A DNA stretch of 64,000 nucleotides from a virus (taxonomy: Duplodnaviria; Caudoviricetes): IMG/VR virus record IMGVR_UViG_2929656146_000003, positions 1-64,000 of that record. One strand, written 5' to 3'. A program made the position numbers and the translations under genes. Of the stretch, positions 27,949 through 36,217 are shown piece after piece (the first letter of the stretch is position 1; the number at the start of each line of letters is the position of its first letter). The notes below the pieces were generated by a model. The model was not told the DNA's origin. It saw nothing but the letters and a program-made list of their open reading frames with translations, and did no database searches.

Positions 27949-29508
27949 TCAGTGGGTGTAGGTGTGGCTGGTCGCGGTCGGCACAGCACGTTTGGTGGTG
28001 TCGAGGAACCGGGTGACCGCGCTTCCGACGGCGTCGACGAGGTCGTCGTGCGGGGCCCGGGGGAACCCCACCATCTGCTCCTCCAGGTCGCGCAGGGTCC
28101 GGCCGTGGAGGACGCGGCCCCGCTGGTAGTGGTTGAGGGCCCGCGCCGCGCGGACTGTCTTGTGCTCGGATTGGCTGACGGTCTTCACCTTGACGGGCAT
28201 GTGGTGAAAGATCGCGTCCCAGGTGCCGTGACCCTGGTTCACTTCCAGCAGGATCAGCCCGACCTCCGGGTACTCGTCCAGCAGGGCCAGCACCCGTTCC
28301 CGCAGCTTCGCGCCGGGCGGGATCCGGACCGGGATCGCCGCGTGGACGGTGCAGCGGCGGGTCTGCGCGGACCAGGACACGACGGCGAGGCCGGTGTAGT
28401 CGCTGGTGGCCTTCGCGGTGACCGCGGGGTCGATGGAGAGGACCATGTGCGTGACCGGGTCGGGGCCGTCCTCGGGGTAGCGGAAGTCGTCGGCGCACCA
28501 GTAGTCACCGTCGGCGCCGAGCGGATCGTTGGCGTAGTTCTTGGCGAAGCTGCGGGTGTGTTCGATCTTCTTCAGGTAGCTCAGTGGCCACTTCGCCGGC
28601 CACATGCTGCGCTCGGTGCCGTCGTCACGGCGGATGATCGGCAGGCTGTGGTGCGTCGCGAAGCCCTCGTCGGCAATCCACTCCGCGGTCTCCACCCCTT
28701 GGCCGTGCTTGACGAGCTGGTGGACGATGCTGCCGGGCATGGTGACCGTGCCGACGAGGACCACCCTTGCGTAGACGTTGAGGGGCAGGACCGCGTCCCG
28801 CAGGGTGGTGAGCCTCTTCCGGGCCTGGTCGGGGGAGTAGGAGGACTCGTCCGGTTCGACGTCGTCGAGGAGCAGGAGGTCCGGCCTGTGATTGCGCACC
28901 TTGAGGCCCAGGCTGGAGGAGTCCATGCCGCGGGCTGCGAAGGCGAACCCGTTCTCGGCGATGTACATGCGCTGCGTGTCGGCGACGTTCCCGCCGTTCG
29001 GCCGCTTTGCGGGGTTGCACAGTTCCGGGAAGTCGGACCGCAGCTTGTCGTTGTTGTCGATCTCCTGCTTGAACGTCGACAGGTGGGCCTCAGCCTGCGC
29101 CGCGCTGGCGGAGAACGCCGCGGTGAACTTCACCCAGCCATGCGCCGCGGCCCACATCGGCAGCAGCAGAAACCACCACGTGCTCTTGCCGGTCTCGCGG
29201 GGTGCCACGTAGGCGTCCCGCTGCTCCGCCGGCATCGTCGGCGTGCGGATCCAGCGACGGCCGGCGCGGCACCAGTCCAGGTGCGCGTCGCTGAAGGTGA
29301 CCTGGCCCTCGGCGTCCTTGATGTGGTCGCGCAGGTAGACGATCGCGAACAGGGCGGGGTCAAGCCGGGTGAGCGCGCGCCGGCCTTCCGGGTCGTCGAG
29401 CATCCGCGCGTCGGGCACGGTGCGGGCCAGGTACCGGTGCAGGTCGAAGCCCTCGCCGGTGACCCCGGCGAGGTAGGAGTCGACGACACCGGCCGCCAGG
29501 TCCGTCAC
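27949..29508 (-). CDS. terL: Terminase large subunit
   Basis: Walker A 'APRETGKST', Walker B 'LLLLDD', nuclease 'SIDPA' and 'HDDLVDA'. Confidence 0.96.
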   Translation of the reverse strand: MTDLAAGVVDSYLAGVTGEGFDLHRYLARTVPDARMLDDPEGRRALTRLDPALFAIVYLRDHIKDAEGQVTFSDAHLDWCRAGRRWIRTPTMPAEQRDAYVAPRETGKSTWWFLLLPMWAAAHGWVKFTAAFSASAAQAEAHLSTFKQEIDNNDKLRSDFPELCNPAKRPNGGNVADTQRMYIAENGFAFAARGMDSSSLGLKVRNHRPDLLLLDDVEPDESSYSPDQARKRLTTLRDAVLPLNVYARVVLVGTVTMPGSIVHQLVKHGQGVETAEWIADEGFATHHSLPIIRRDDGTERSMWPAKWPLSYLKKIEHTRSFAKNYANDPLGADGDYWCADDFRYPEDGPDPVTHMVLSIDPAVTAKATSDYTGLAVVSWSAQTRRCTVHAAIPVRIPPGAKLRERVLALLDEYPEVGLILLEVNQGHGTWDAIFHHMPVKVKTVSQSEHKTVRAARALNHYQRGRVLHGRTLRDLEEQMVGFPRAPHDDLVDAVGSAVTRFLDTTKRAVPTATSHTYTH

Positions 29509-29511
29509 GGG

Positions 29512-29967
29512 CTACTCCCCGCTGTCGCTGGCCTCATGCCGCTCGCGGCCGTCGAGGGAGTGGTGCGTGACGACCCACATCTGCGATCCGTCCGCGGACT
29601 GCTCGGTGCGCTGCCGGGGCCCGCATGGGCATGCGTCGTGGAGGTCGTGCACGATGAGGTCGTCGAGCGGGTAGGCGTGAACCTCGGCGTCGGTGCTCTG
29701 GACGACCATCCAGGGACCGCCCGCCTGGCCGTCGGCGAGGTCGATGTCGAACTCCTCCACGCACACCTCGGCGCGCAGAAGGACGGTGCCAACAGGGATT
29801 CGGGCCTCGCAGCCGTCGGCGGGCATGACGGCCGGGCCGGCGACGACCTTCCAGCCCTGCAGCTCGACGCGGGCGACGAGGTGCTCGCCGAGCGCGGCGA
29901 TGTAGCCGGGGTCCTCGGCGAGCCAGGACGGGACGAGGGAGTCGAAGGTGTATCGGGTCACGGCCAT
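29512..29967 (-). CDS. Hypothetical protein with H-C-C-H metal motif between terminase subunits
   Basis: 'VHDLHDACPCGP...VTHHSLDGRE'. Confidence 0.7.
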   Translation of the reverse strand: MAVTRYTFDSLVPSWLAEDPGYIAALGEHLVARVELQGWKVVAGPAVMPADGCEARIPVGTVLLRAEVCVEEFDIDLADGQAGGPWMVVQSTDAEVHAYPLDDLIVHDLHDACPCGPRQRTEQSADGSQMWVVTHHSLDGRERHEASDSGE

Positions 29968-29968
29968 C

Positions 29969-30436
29969 TCAGGCGCCGCCCCGGAGCTGGGCCTCTTCGG
30001 CGGCTTGCCTGGCCTTCGCCTCGTTGATCATGTCGCGGAGTTCCAGATCCGTCGCGGACGGCGCCTGCTCGATCGTCACCTCCGCGCGAGTCGGGGCGTA
30101 GAGGCCCTGAACCTTGGCGATCTCCTTGCACACCATCACTGCCACTTCGATCGCCCGCGGCTCGCCCCGGTCGATGCGGGGAGAGAGCCGGGTCAGGTAG
30201 TACTCCAGCCGGTCGACGTGCTGGTCGACCCACAGATCGACCATCTCCTGCTCGGCTTCCTTGGCAGCCCGTCGGGCCCGGGTGAAGTCCTTGCGGGCGT
30301 GGTCGCTGGAGCTGTAGCCGAAGCCGGGGTCGGCTGCGATGTCGTCGAAGCTCCGGCCGTCGATGCGGGCTTGGATCATGCGGGCGCGACGGTCGGCAAT
30401 CTGCACCCTTTCGTAGCGGGTGGTTCCTCCGGGCAC
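29969..30436 (-). CDS. Terminase small subunit-like HTH protein
   Basis: 'RIDGRSFDDIAADPGFGY', 'AKVQGLYAP'; upstream of terL. Confidence 0.78.
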   Translation of the reverse strand: MPGGTTRYERVQIADRRARMIQARIDGRSFDDIAADPGFGYSSSDHARKDFTRARRAAKEAEQEMVDLWVDQHVDRLEYYLTRLSPRIDRGEPRAIEVAVMVCKEIAKVQGLYAPTRAEVTIEQAPSATDLELRDMINEAKARQAAEEAQLRGGA

Positions 30437-30494
30437 GGTTCCTCCTCGGGTCGATCTGGATGATCGCCCGGGGGCCGACAGAGGCTGCGAACGG

Positions 30495-30665
30495 TCAGCG
30501 CTTGCGGACGCCCTTGCGCGCGGGCAGGCGGCGGTACCGGGTGACGGCGCCGCCGGGCGTGGCGTGGGCTTTCTGGTGTGCGTAGCGGCGGAGCCGGGGG
30601 CTGGCGAAGAAGAGCCGCCACTGGGCGTTGCTCTTGAAGCCGGTGCGGCCTGCGCGTTTTGCCAC
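30495..30665 (-). CDS. Small highly basic protein (56 aa), not in the ORF track
   Basis: GAGGAGG RBS + GTG; MAKRAGRTGFKSNAQWRLFFASPRLRRYAHQKAH...LPARKGVRKR. Confidence 0.75.
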   Translation of the reverse strand: MAKRAGRTGFKSNAQWRLFFASPRLRRYAHQKAHATPGGAVTRYRRLPARKGVRKR

Positions 30666-30674
30666 GGTTCCTCC

Positions 30675-33575
30675 TCAGGCGATGTCGAACGGAGCGGTGT
30701 CCATCACGGGCAGCTCCGGGGTGGCCGCGACCCGCACCCATGCCCTGTACCGGCCCGGCACCGGGACAACAACGCCCGCCGGGCCGACCAGCAGCTTCGC
30801 GACCGTGCCGGTTCCGCTGCTGGCGGTGTCCCACGCGGCGGCATGCCAGTCGCCAGCCGCGGGTTCGTGACCGACAGGGACAATGGCCATCTCGACGCCG
30901 TACCCGGTCGGGATGCCGCGGTCCCAGGTGACACCGACTTCGTAGTACTCGGTGGAGAGCGCGTCCACAGGGATCGTCCTTCCAGTGCAGGCCCAGGCGG
31001 TGGTGGTGCCGTGGACGGTCCACCGGGCGGTGGGGCCGCCGGTGAGTCGCAGGCCGTGGGTGGTGTGCTGGCCGGCGACGGTGACGGCCACGGCCAGGTC
31101 GAGGGTGGTGGCGCGGCTGAGGGCGCGGGTCTTGACGCGGGTGGGCGAGAGTGCGAGGGCGGTCTCGCCTGCGGTGCCGAGCGGGATGATGAAGCCCCGG
31201 GCGACTGTGATGGCAATATCGACGGATGCCGCGGCCGTGAGGGTGATGGTCTTGTGGCGGGCCGGGGCGAGCGCGGTCGCGGTGCTGCCAGCTGGCGTGA
31301 TGGGTGTGCGCTTCAGCCGACCCGGGGCTGGGGCGGTGCTGGTCTCGGTGGCGTAGCCGACGGGGACGAGCCGGCCGGTGGAGATGGCGAGTGCCTGCTC
31401 GCTGCTGGCGGCGGGGGTGAGCGCCGCGGTCTTGCGGCGCTGGACCGACTGGGCGGCGCCGGATTCAGCAGCGGCGGTGACGGCCCGAGCCTTGAGCCTG
31501 GCTGGGGACAACGCCGACTCGACAGACGCGGCGGGTCCGGACGTGAGCGACTTCCTCCGGCCGACAGACTGGGCTGACCCGGTCTCGCCCGCCGTGCCCA
31601 GAACGAGTGTCTTACATGCCGTCACCGTCTGCGCGGTAGCGGCCTCCTGTGCCGTCCCGACAGGGATGACTCGGGCCGGGAGGATGTTGACGTTGTCGAG
31701 CTCAGTCCAGGTGGAGGAGCCAGCATCGCGGTGGGACTCGACGAGGAGGGACAGGTCGGTGGCGGACGCCCACCCGGGCGTGGTCTCGCTGCGCCTCACA
31801 GTCCATGTGGACCCGTCGGGGCTCGTCTCCCAGTACAGGGTGCCCGCGTCCTCGCGCAGGCGCAGCCAGGCGTGGCCGGTCGGGTCGTAGGAGAGGAACA
31901 CGGCGCCAGGGTCTGAGAAGCCGGTGCGGAGGTAGAAGCCCATGGCTCCGGCAGCGGAGTCAATCAGGAACCCGCCGTCGGTGCCGGATGTGCTCGTCTC
32001 GACGAGAAGCGTCGCCGTGGCGGTGCTGGCGCCGGCGGAGATGGGTGGCCACATGCGGGCCTGCACGTGGGAGCCGGTGAGGGTGTAGAGGCTGCCGGAG
32101 CGTAGGCCGTTGAATCCGGTGTCGCAGGCGACCCTGCCGTGCCCGGCGCTGGTGTCGTAGGTGCCGTAGCTGGCGGGCCAGCGGCCGGCGTCGATGGCGC
32201 CGGAGAAGTCGTCGACGAGGTTGGCGAACGGCTGGGCCGGGGCGAGCGCGGTCTCGGTGCTGCCCGCGATGCTGAGCGTCCGTGTCTTGGTCTTGGCTGT
32301 TGGGGAGAGGGCTGTCTCGGTGGCTGTGGATTGTGGACAGGCACGGGTCTTGACCCTGCCGATGGCCTGGGCTGTGTCGGTCTCGGTGGCGGTGCCGAGG
32401 CTGATGGTCTGGGCGGCGTTGAGGTTGTCAATCTCAGCGTTGTCGGCGGTGCCGGAAGATCGCTGCGCTTCCGCGTAGAAGATCAGCGTCCCCAGACGCA
32501 TCCATTGGGAGGGTGTGGAGATGGTGCGGCGGGTGGTCCAGGTGGTGCCGTCCGGGCTGGTGTCCATGGTGATGGAGCCGCCGGATTCGGCGAACCGCCA
32601 CCAGGCGTGGGTGGACGAGTTGTAGGTGAGGGTGGTGGGGGAGGCGTCGGTGCCGCCCACGCTGTTGCGGAGGACGAGGTTGCCGGTGTTGGGGGAGTAC
32701 TCGAACTCCAGGTTCGTCGTGCTGATCGTCGGGCCGGCGGACAGGTAGGCGGAGAACGCCACGCCGGAGCCGCCGCCCGTGCTGGGGACGGTCGGGACTT
32801 GGAAGCGGACCTGGGAGCCCTGGATCTCGTACGCCGTGGCGGTGTACATGTCCTCAAGGGTGGTCGTGCAGGGGATCCGGGCCCGGCCGCCGCTGGAGCT
32901 GACGTTGGTGGTCTTCGTCCACTTGGAGTCGACGCTGCTGGTGAACGTGTCAGTCAGCGTCGAGAAGCTCGGCGTGAACAAGCCGTCAGCCCCGGAAAAC
33001 TCCACCCACCCGGGTTCGGTTGTGACCGCGGTGTCGCCGGATCCGAGGTCGGTGCCGCCGGTGTTGCCATAGTTGATCGTCGCGTTGTACGTCGTCGACA
33101 GGGAGTTGGCGCGGTAGCCGATCTCGACGACCAGGCGGTCCCCCACCTGGATGGCGACAGGCGTGACGGCCTGCCCGCTGATCGCGGTGCCGGTGGCGGT
33201 GGTGGTGAACTCCGTGCTGCCGATGTAGTCGGCCAGCAGGGTGCCGCGGGGCGTGTCCGAGTCACCGCTGGTCGCGTAGATGTGAAGGTGCCAGAAGCCG
33301 TTGAGGTCGACGTTGGACTCGCGGACTCCGACCGTCCACGACACGGTGCCACTGATGGTGCCCGCCTTGATGGCGCCCGCACTGATGGACCGGTGCAGCA
33401 GGACGTCCCGGTCCGCAGCAGTGGAGCCGACGTTGATGCTGGACGTGCCCGCCGACCCGGCCGGCTTGCGGCCGAGGAGCTGAACGTCCTCGCCGCTTGC
33501 TGTATCCCAAGCCCCGCGACGGGTCGTGGGCGTGTAGGGCGCGGCCGAGTTGGTCAGCCAGAACCTGGTGGCCAC
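30675..33575 (-). CDS. Large fibre-like structural protein: two ConA/lectin-like domains, 20-aa repeats, C-terminal beta domain
   Basis: Internal duplication with 'HAW.R..E..G......SPDG.TW'; about 13 repeats of 20 aa. Confidence 0.8.
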   Translation of the reverse strand: MATRFWLTNSAAPYTPTTRRGAWDTASGEDVQLLGRKPAGSAGTSSINVGSTAADRDVLLHRSISAGAIKAGTISGTVSWTVGVRESNVDLNGFWHLHIYATSGDSDTPRGTLLADYIGSTEFTTTATGTAISGQAVTPVAIQVGDRLVVEIGYRANSLSTTYNATINYGNTGGTDLGSGDTAVTTEPGWVEFSGADGLFTPSFSTLTDTFTSSVDSKWTKTTNVSSSGGRARIPCTTTLEDMYTATAYEIQGSQVRFQVPTVPSTGGGSGVAFSAYLSAGPTISTTNLEFEYSPNTGNLVLRNSVGGTDASPTTLTYNSSTHAWWRFAESGGSITMDTSPDGTTWTTRRTISTPSQWMRLGTLIFYAEAQRSSGTADNAEIDNLNAAQTISLGTATETDTAQAIGRVKTRACPQSTATETALSPTAKTKTRTLSIAGSTETALAPAQPFANLVDDFSGAIDAGRWPASYGTYDTSAGHGRVACDTGFNGLRSGSLYTLTGSHVQARMWPPISAGASTATATLLVETSTSGTDGGFLIDSAAGAMGFYLRTGFSDPGAVFLSYDPTGHAWLRLREDAGTLYWETSPDGSTWTVRRSETTPGWASATDLSLLVESHRDAGSSTWTELDNVNILPARVIPVGTAQEAATAQTVTACKTLVLGTAGETGSAQSVGRRKSLTSGPAASVESALSPARLKARAVTAAAESGAAQSVQRRKTAALTPAASSEQALAISTGRLVPVGYATETSTAPAPGRLKRTPITPAGSTATALAPARHKTITLTAAASVDIAITVARGFIIPLGTAGETALALSPTRVKTRALSRATTLDLAVAVTVAGQHTTHGLRLTGGPTARWTVHGTTTAWACTGRTIPVDALSTEYYEVGVTWDRGIPTGYGVEMAIVPVGHEPAAGDWHAAAWDTASSGTGTVAKLLVGPAGVVVPVPGRYRAWVRVAATPELPVMDTAPFDIA

Positions 33576-33609
33576 CAGCCACCCCCTCCCTCTCCGTTAG
33601 TGGTGGCGG

Positions 33610-34056
33610 TCAGGCTGCGGAGGTGGAGCGGTAGAAGTCCGCGACGGTGGCGGTGACGTCGGAGCCGTCGGGGGTCAGGGCGAAGTCCAGCTTGACCAGC
33701 GGCACGAGGTCGGAGTCAGTGCCGGTGGTGGTGTCCGGGTCGTAGCAGATGACGAGGGCGGAGACGGCGTTGCCGGTGGCGGCAGTCCAGGTGATGTCGG
33801 CGCAGTCGACGGCGACGCGGTCGTTGGTGTCGTCGACGGTGACGGTGACCGAGGCCAACGTCTTGCGTCCCATGGTGGTCTGCTCGTTGCTGGCGCCGGC
33901 GAGGAGGGTGGAGAGGTCGTCGTAGTCGCGCATGGTGGCGTCGGAGACGATGCCGCTGGTTTCGATGGGGACGGCGATGAGGGCGTCGTTCGTGGCGGGC
34001 AGGCTGGCGTACGCAGCCACCCGACCAAGTGCCACATTGAATACGAGGTTGGCCAT
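33610..34056 (-). CDS. Putative virion structural protein (148 aa), partner of the fibre-like gene
   Basis: Beta-rich, T/D-rich 'RKTLASVTVTVDDTNDR...DITWTAATG'; AAGGAG RBS. Confidence 0.72.
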   Translation of the reverse strand: MANLVFNVALGRVAAYASLPATNDALIAVPIETSGIVSDATMRDYDDLSTLLAGASNEQTTMGRKTLASVTVTVDDTNDRVAVDCADITWTAATGNAVSALVICYDPDTTTGTDSDLVPLVKLDFALTPDGSDVTATVADFYRSTSAA

Positions 34057-34089
34057 TGGTCAACTCTCCTTTTCGATATAATCGATGCC

Positions 34090-34881
34090 ATGACGGGTAC
34101 TACGCTTGCCTGCGAGAACTGCGGAACCAACTATGTCCGCAGGCCCAGCGGAGCTGGAAAGTACTGCTCTCACCCCTGCTACATCGCAGCGAAGAAGAGA
34201 ACGGCCACGGCGAAGTGCGGGCAGTGCCGGAAGGACTTCACACACAAGGCGCGCCTGTCGCCCAAGTTCTGCTCGCGGGCCTGCGCAGCCAACAGCTACA
34301 GGAAGACCGAGACCAGGAACTGCGCCTACTGCGCTGCGGCCTTTTCGAGGGTCCCTACTGCGATCGGGAAGTACTGCTCCGACACCTGCAAATACGCAGC
34401 CCGACGCAAGGACAACCCTGCAGTCCGGCGCATGAGGTATGCGCCGGGACATCCGCTTGTCTTGACTGCGCCATATGTCCCTGAACACCGGGCGGTCCTC
34501 TTCGAGAAGATCGGACCCGGGCCTCACCCATGCCACCATTGCGGGGACTCGGTGGAATGGACGCCTGGTGGTCGAACCGGGCAAGGGGTGCTCGTAGTCG
34601 ACCACCTTGACCGCAACCCGATGAACAACAGCTCTGACAACCTCGTGCCGTCCTGCTCGCGGTGCAACGTGCTCAACGCAGATCGCGCGGTGACTGACGG
34701 GGAGAGCTACCGAAACGTGGGCGGGCGGAGGACCCGGCTTCGCGGCCTCCCACGGAACTGTGAGTACTGCGGCCAGGGGTTCGTGACGTGGACGATGAAT
34801 CCTGGCGAGGGGAAGGGCCGGTTCTGTTCGCGGTCGTGTGCTCGCCGGAAGCCGATGGCGGATGGGCCGGGCGCAACATAG
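34090..34881 (+). CDS. Free-standing HNH endonuclease with multiple Cys zinc-finger repeats
   Basis: 'VVDHLDRNPMNNSSDNLVPSCSRCN'; repeated CxxC...KYCS/KFCS; antisense to late genes. Confidence 0.9.
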   Translation: MTGTTLACENCGTNYVRRPSGAGKYCSHPCYIAAKKRTATAKCGQCRKDFTHKARLSPKFCSRACAANSYRKTETRNCAYCAAAFSRVPTAIGKYCSDTCKYAARRKDNPAVRRMRYAPGHPLVLTAPYVPEHRAVLFEKIGPGPHPCHHCGDSVEWTPGGRTGQGVLVVDHLDRNPMNNSSDNLVPSCSRCNVLNADRAVTDGESYRNVGGRRTRLRGLPRNCEYCGQGFVTWTMNPGEGKGRFCSRSCARRKPMADGPGAT

Positions 34882-35027
34882 GTCGGGCATGGCCCCTCCT
34901 CGGCAGGTAGTACGGTGCCGGGTGGAGGGACCCGGGTGGCTTGGTCTATCGGAGCACAACCGGGTTCGGGTCCTGGAAACGCCGAAGCCCCGCCCGGTGA
35001 AGGGGGGGCTTCATGGACTGGGCGCGG

Positions 35028-35321
35028 TCAGGCGTCGGGCGCCCACTCGGGCTGGTAGTTGGGGTGGTCGCGGTACGGCATGGCGAGGATAGCCAGTGTC
35101 TGGTTCGCGAGCCAGTGACCGTGGTCCTCGTAGGCGAGGACGTGGTTGCAGGTTGCGATGATGCGCCGCTTGGCGTCGACCTCGGCCAGCACCCGTAGGT
35201 GGTGACCTGGGGCGCCCGGTTCGTTGTACTCGGAGTACCCGTTGTCCCCCCACGGGCCCTGTGCGAACTGCTCGTCCTCGTCGAGGCGGGCGTTCATGAA
35301 CGCCACGAGGTCAGCACTCAC
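35028..35321 (-). CDS. DUF6221-like protein
   Basis: 'LVAFMNARLDEDE...VLAEVDAKRRII...LAMPYRDHPNYQPEW'. Confidence 0.75.
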   Translation of the reverse strand: MSADLVAFMNARLDEDEQFAQGPWGDNGYSEYNEPGAPGHHLRVLAEVDAKRRIIATCNHVLAYEDHGHWLANQTLAILAMPYRDHPNYQPEWAPDA

Positions 35322-35605
35322 AGCCCCAGCTCCCCATACGGGTAGTCGTACGGGCGAAGCGCCTCGGTGAGCGCCTCGTGCAGAGTGGGCTGTGGCAGGG
35401 TAGCGCTGATCTCGGGGTTGAGTTCCTTGACGATGGCTTCGCCGAGGGACCTCAGCAGGTCGGCCTTCATCCACTCCTGGTACTGCTGGTCCTGATGCCA
35501 CAGCTCAACGCTGGCGAAGGTCTGTGCCTGAAGCCGCTTGCCGTTGACCTCGACGACGGTCCTGAGGGCCACCATGTCGGGCGGGGTCGTACTTCCGTCA
35601 GTCAT
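35318..35605 (-). CDS. Hypothetical protein
   Basis: Coupled ORF with typical codon usage. Confidence 0.7.
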   Translation of the reverse strand: MTDGSTTPPDMVALRTVVEVNGKRLQAQTFASVELWHQDQQYQEWMKADLLRSLGEAIVKELNPEISATLPQPTLHEALTEALRPYDYPYGELGL

Positions 35606-35796
35606 CGGGGGAACACGTCCGGCAGCACTGGAGCGAACTGCAGGCTGGCCTGCCGGAGTGGCTCCATGGCGGCGGCCAGGTCACGCAGGGCCTTCGCGGC
35701 GACGAGTTGCAGCGGCGTGGGATTGGGTGCGGGGTGGTGGTGTCGGCCGAGTTGGCGGAGGGTCCGGTCGGTGCTGGGGTACGGGCGGTGGCTCAT
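35602..35796 (-). CDS. Hypothetical protein (64 aa)
   Basis: ATGA overlaps at both ends. Confidence 0.55.
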   Translation of the reverse strand: MSHRPYPSTDRTLRQLGRHHHPAPNPTPLQLVAAKALRDLAAAMEPLRQASLQFAPVLPDVFPR

Positions 35797-36158
35797 GCGG
35801 TCACCGTCGCTACTCCATGGCAAGGTCCACACATGGGCACGTCTACCCGGCCTGTTATCTCCGAGTACCTCGGCACCGTCAGGCCCGGTACCGCCTGTCC
35901 GGTGCAGGTCACGTTGGGCTGATCGCGGTGGAGGTCGCACAGGCAGTGGCATCCGCCGATTCCGGAGAGTGCCTCGTTCTCACGCCGGAGGCGGTCGAGT
36001 TCCTCGGGGTGCTGTTCGAAGTACTCGATGGTGGGGCGGAGGGTTTCGTACGCCTGGGCGATAGTTCCGACCGCGTGATTGAGAACGGGGCGGAGCGCCT
36101 GGCTTACGGCGTTGATCGCGGCTCGGAGTTCCTGAGGGAAGGGCTGCTCACTGCTCAT
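35793..36158 (-). CDS. Hypothetical zinc-binding protein
   Basis: GAGAGG RBS; 'CHCLC...C...CGPC'. Confidence 0.65.
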   Translation of the reverse strand: MSSEQPFPQELRAAINAVSQALRPVLNHAVGTIAQAYETLRPTIEYFEQHPEELDRLRRENEALSGIGGCHCLCDLHRDQPNVTCTGQAVPGLTVPRYSEITGRVDVPMCGPCHGVATVTA

Positions 36159-36217
36159 GGGTTCATCCTCTCGTGGGAGGCCCGCCCGTGGTGAGAACTG
36201 GGCGAGCCCCTCTTCTA

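Noticed and set aside
13259-33656. Long + strand ORFs such as 13259..15247, 25665..28016, 27937..30027 and 32139..33656
   Set aside because: Shadow frames antisense to well-supported structural genes; expected in high-GC DNA and without motifs
34090-34881. Group I intron carrying the HNH
   Set aside because: The HNH is antisense to the host gene, there is no room for a ribozyme core, and the downstream gene has its own RBS and start
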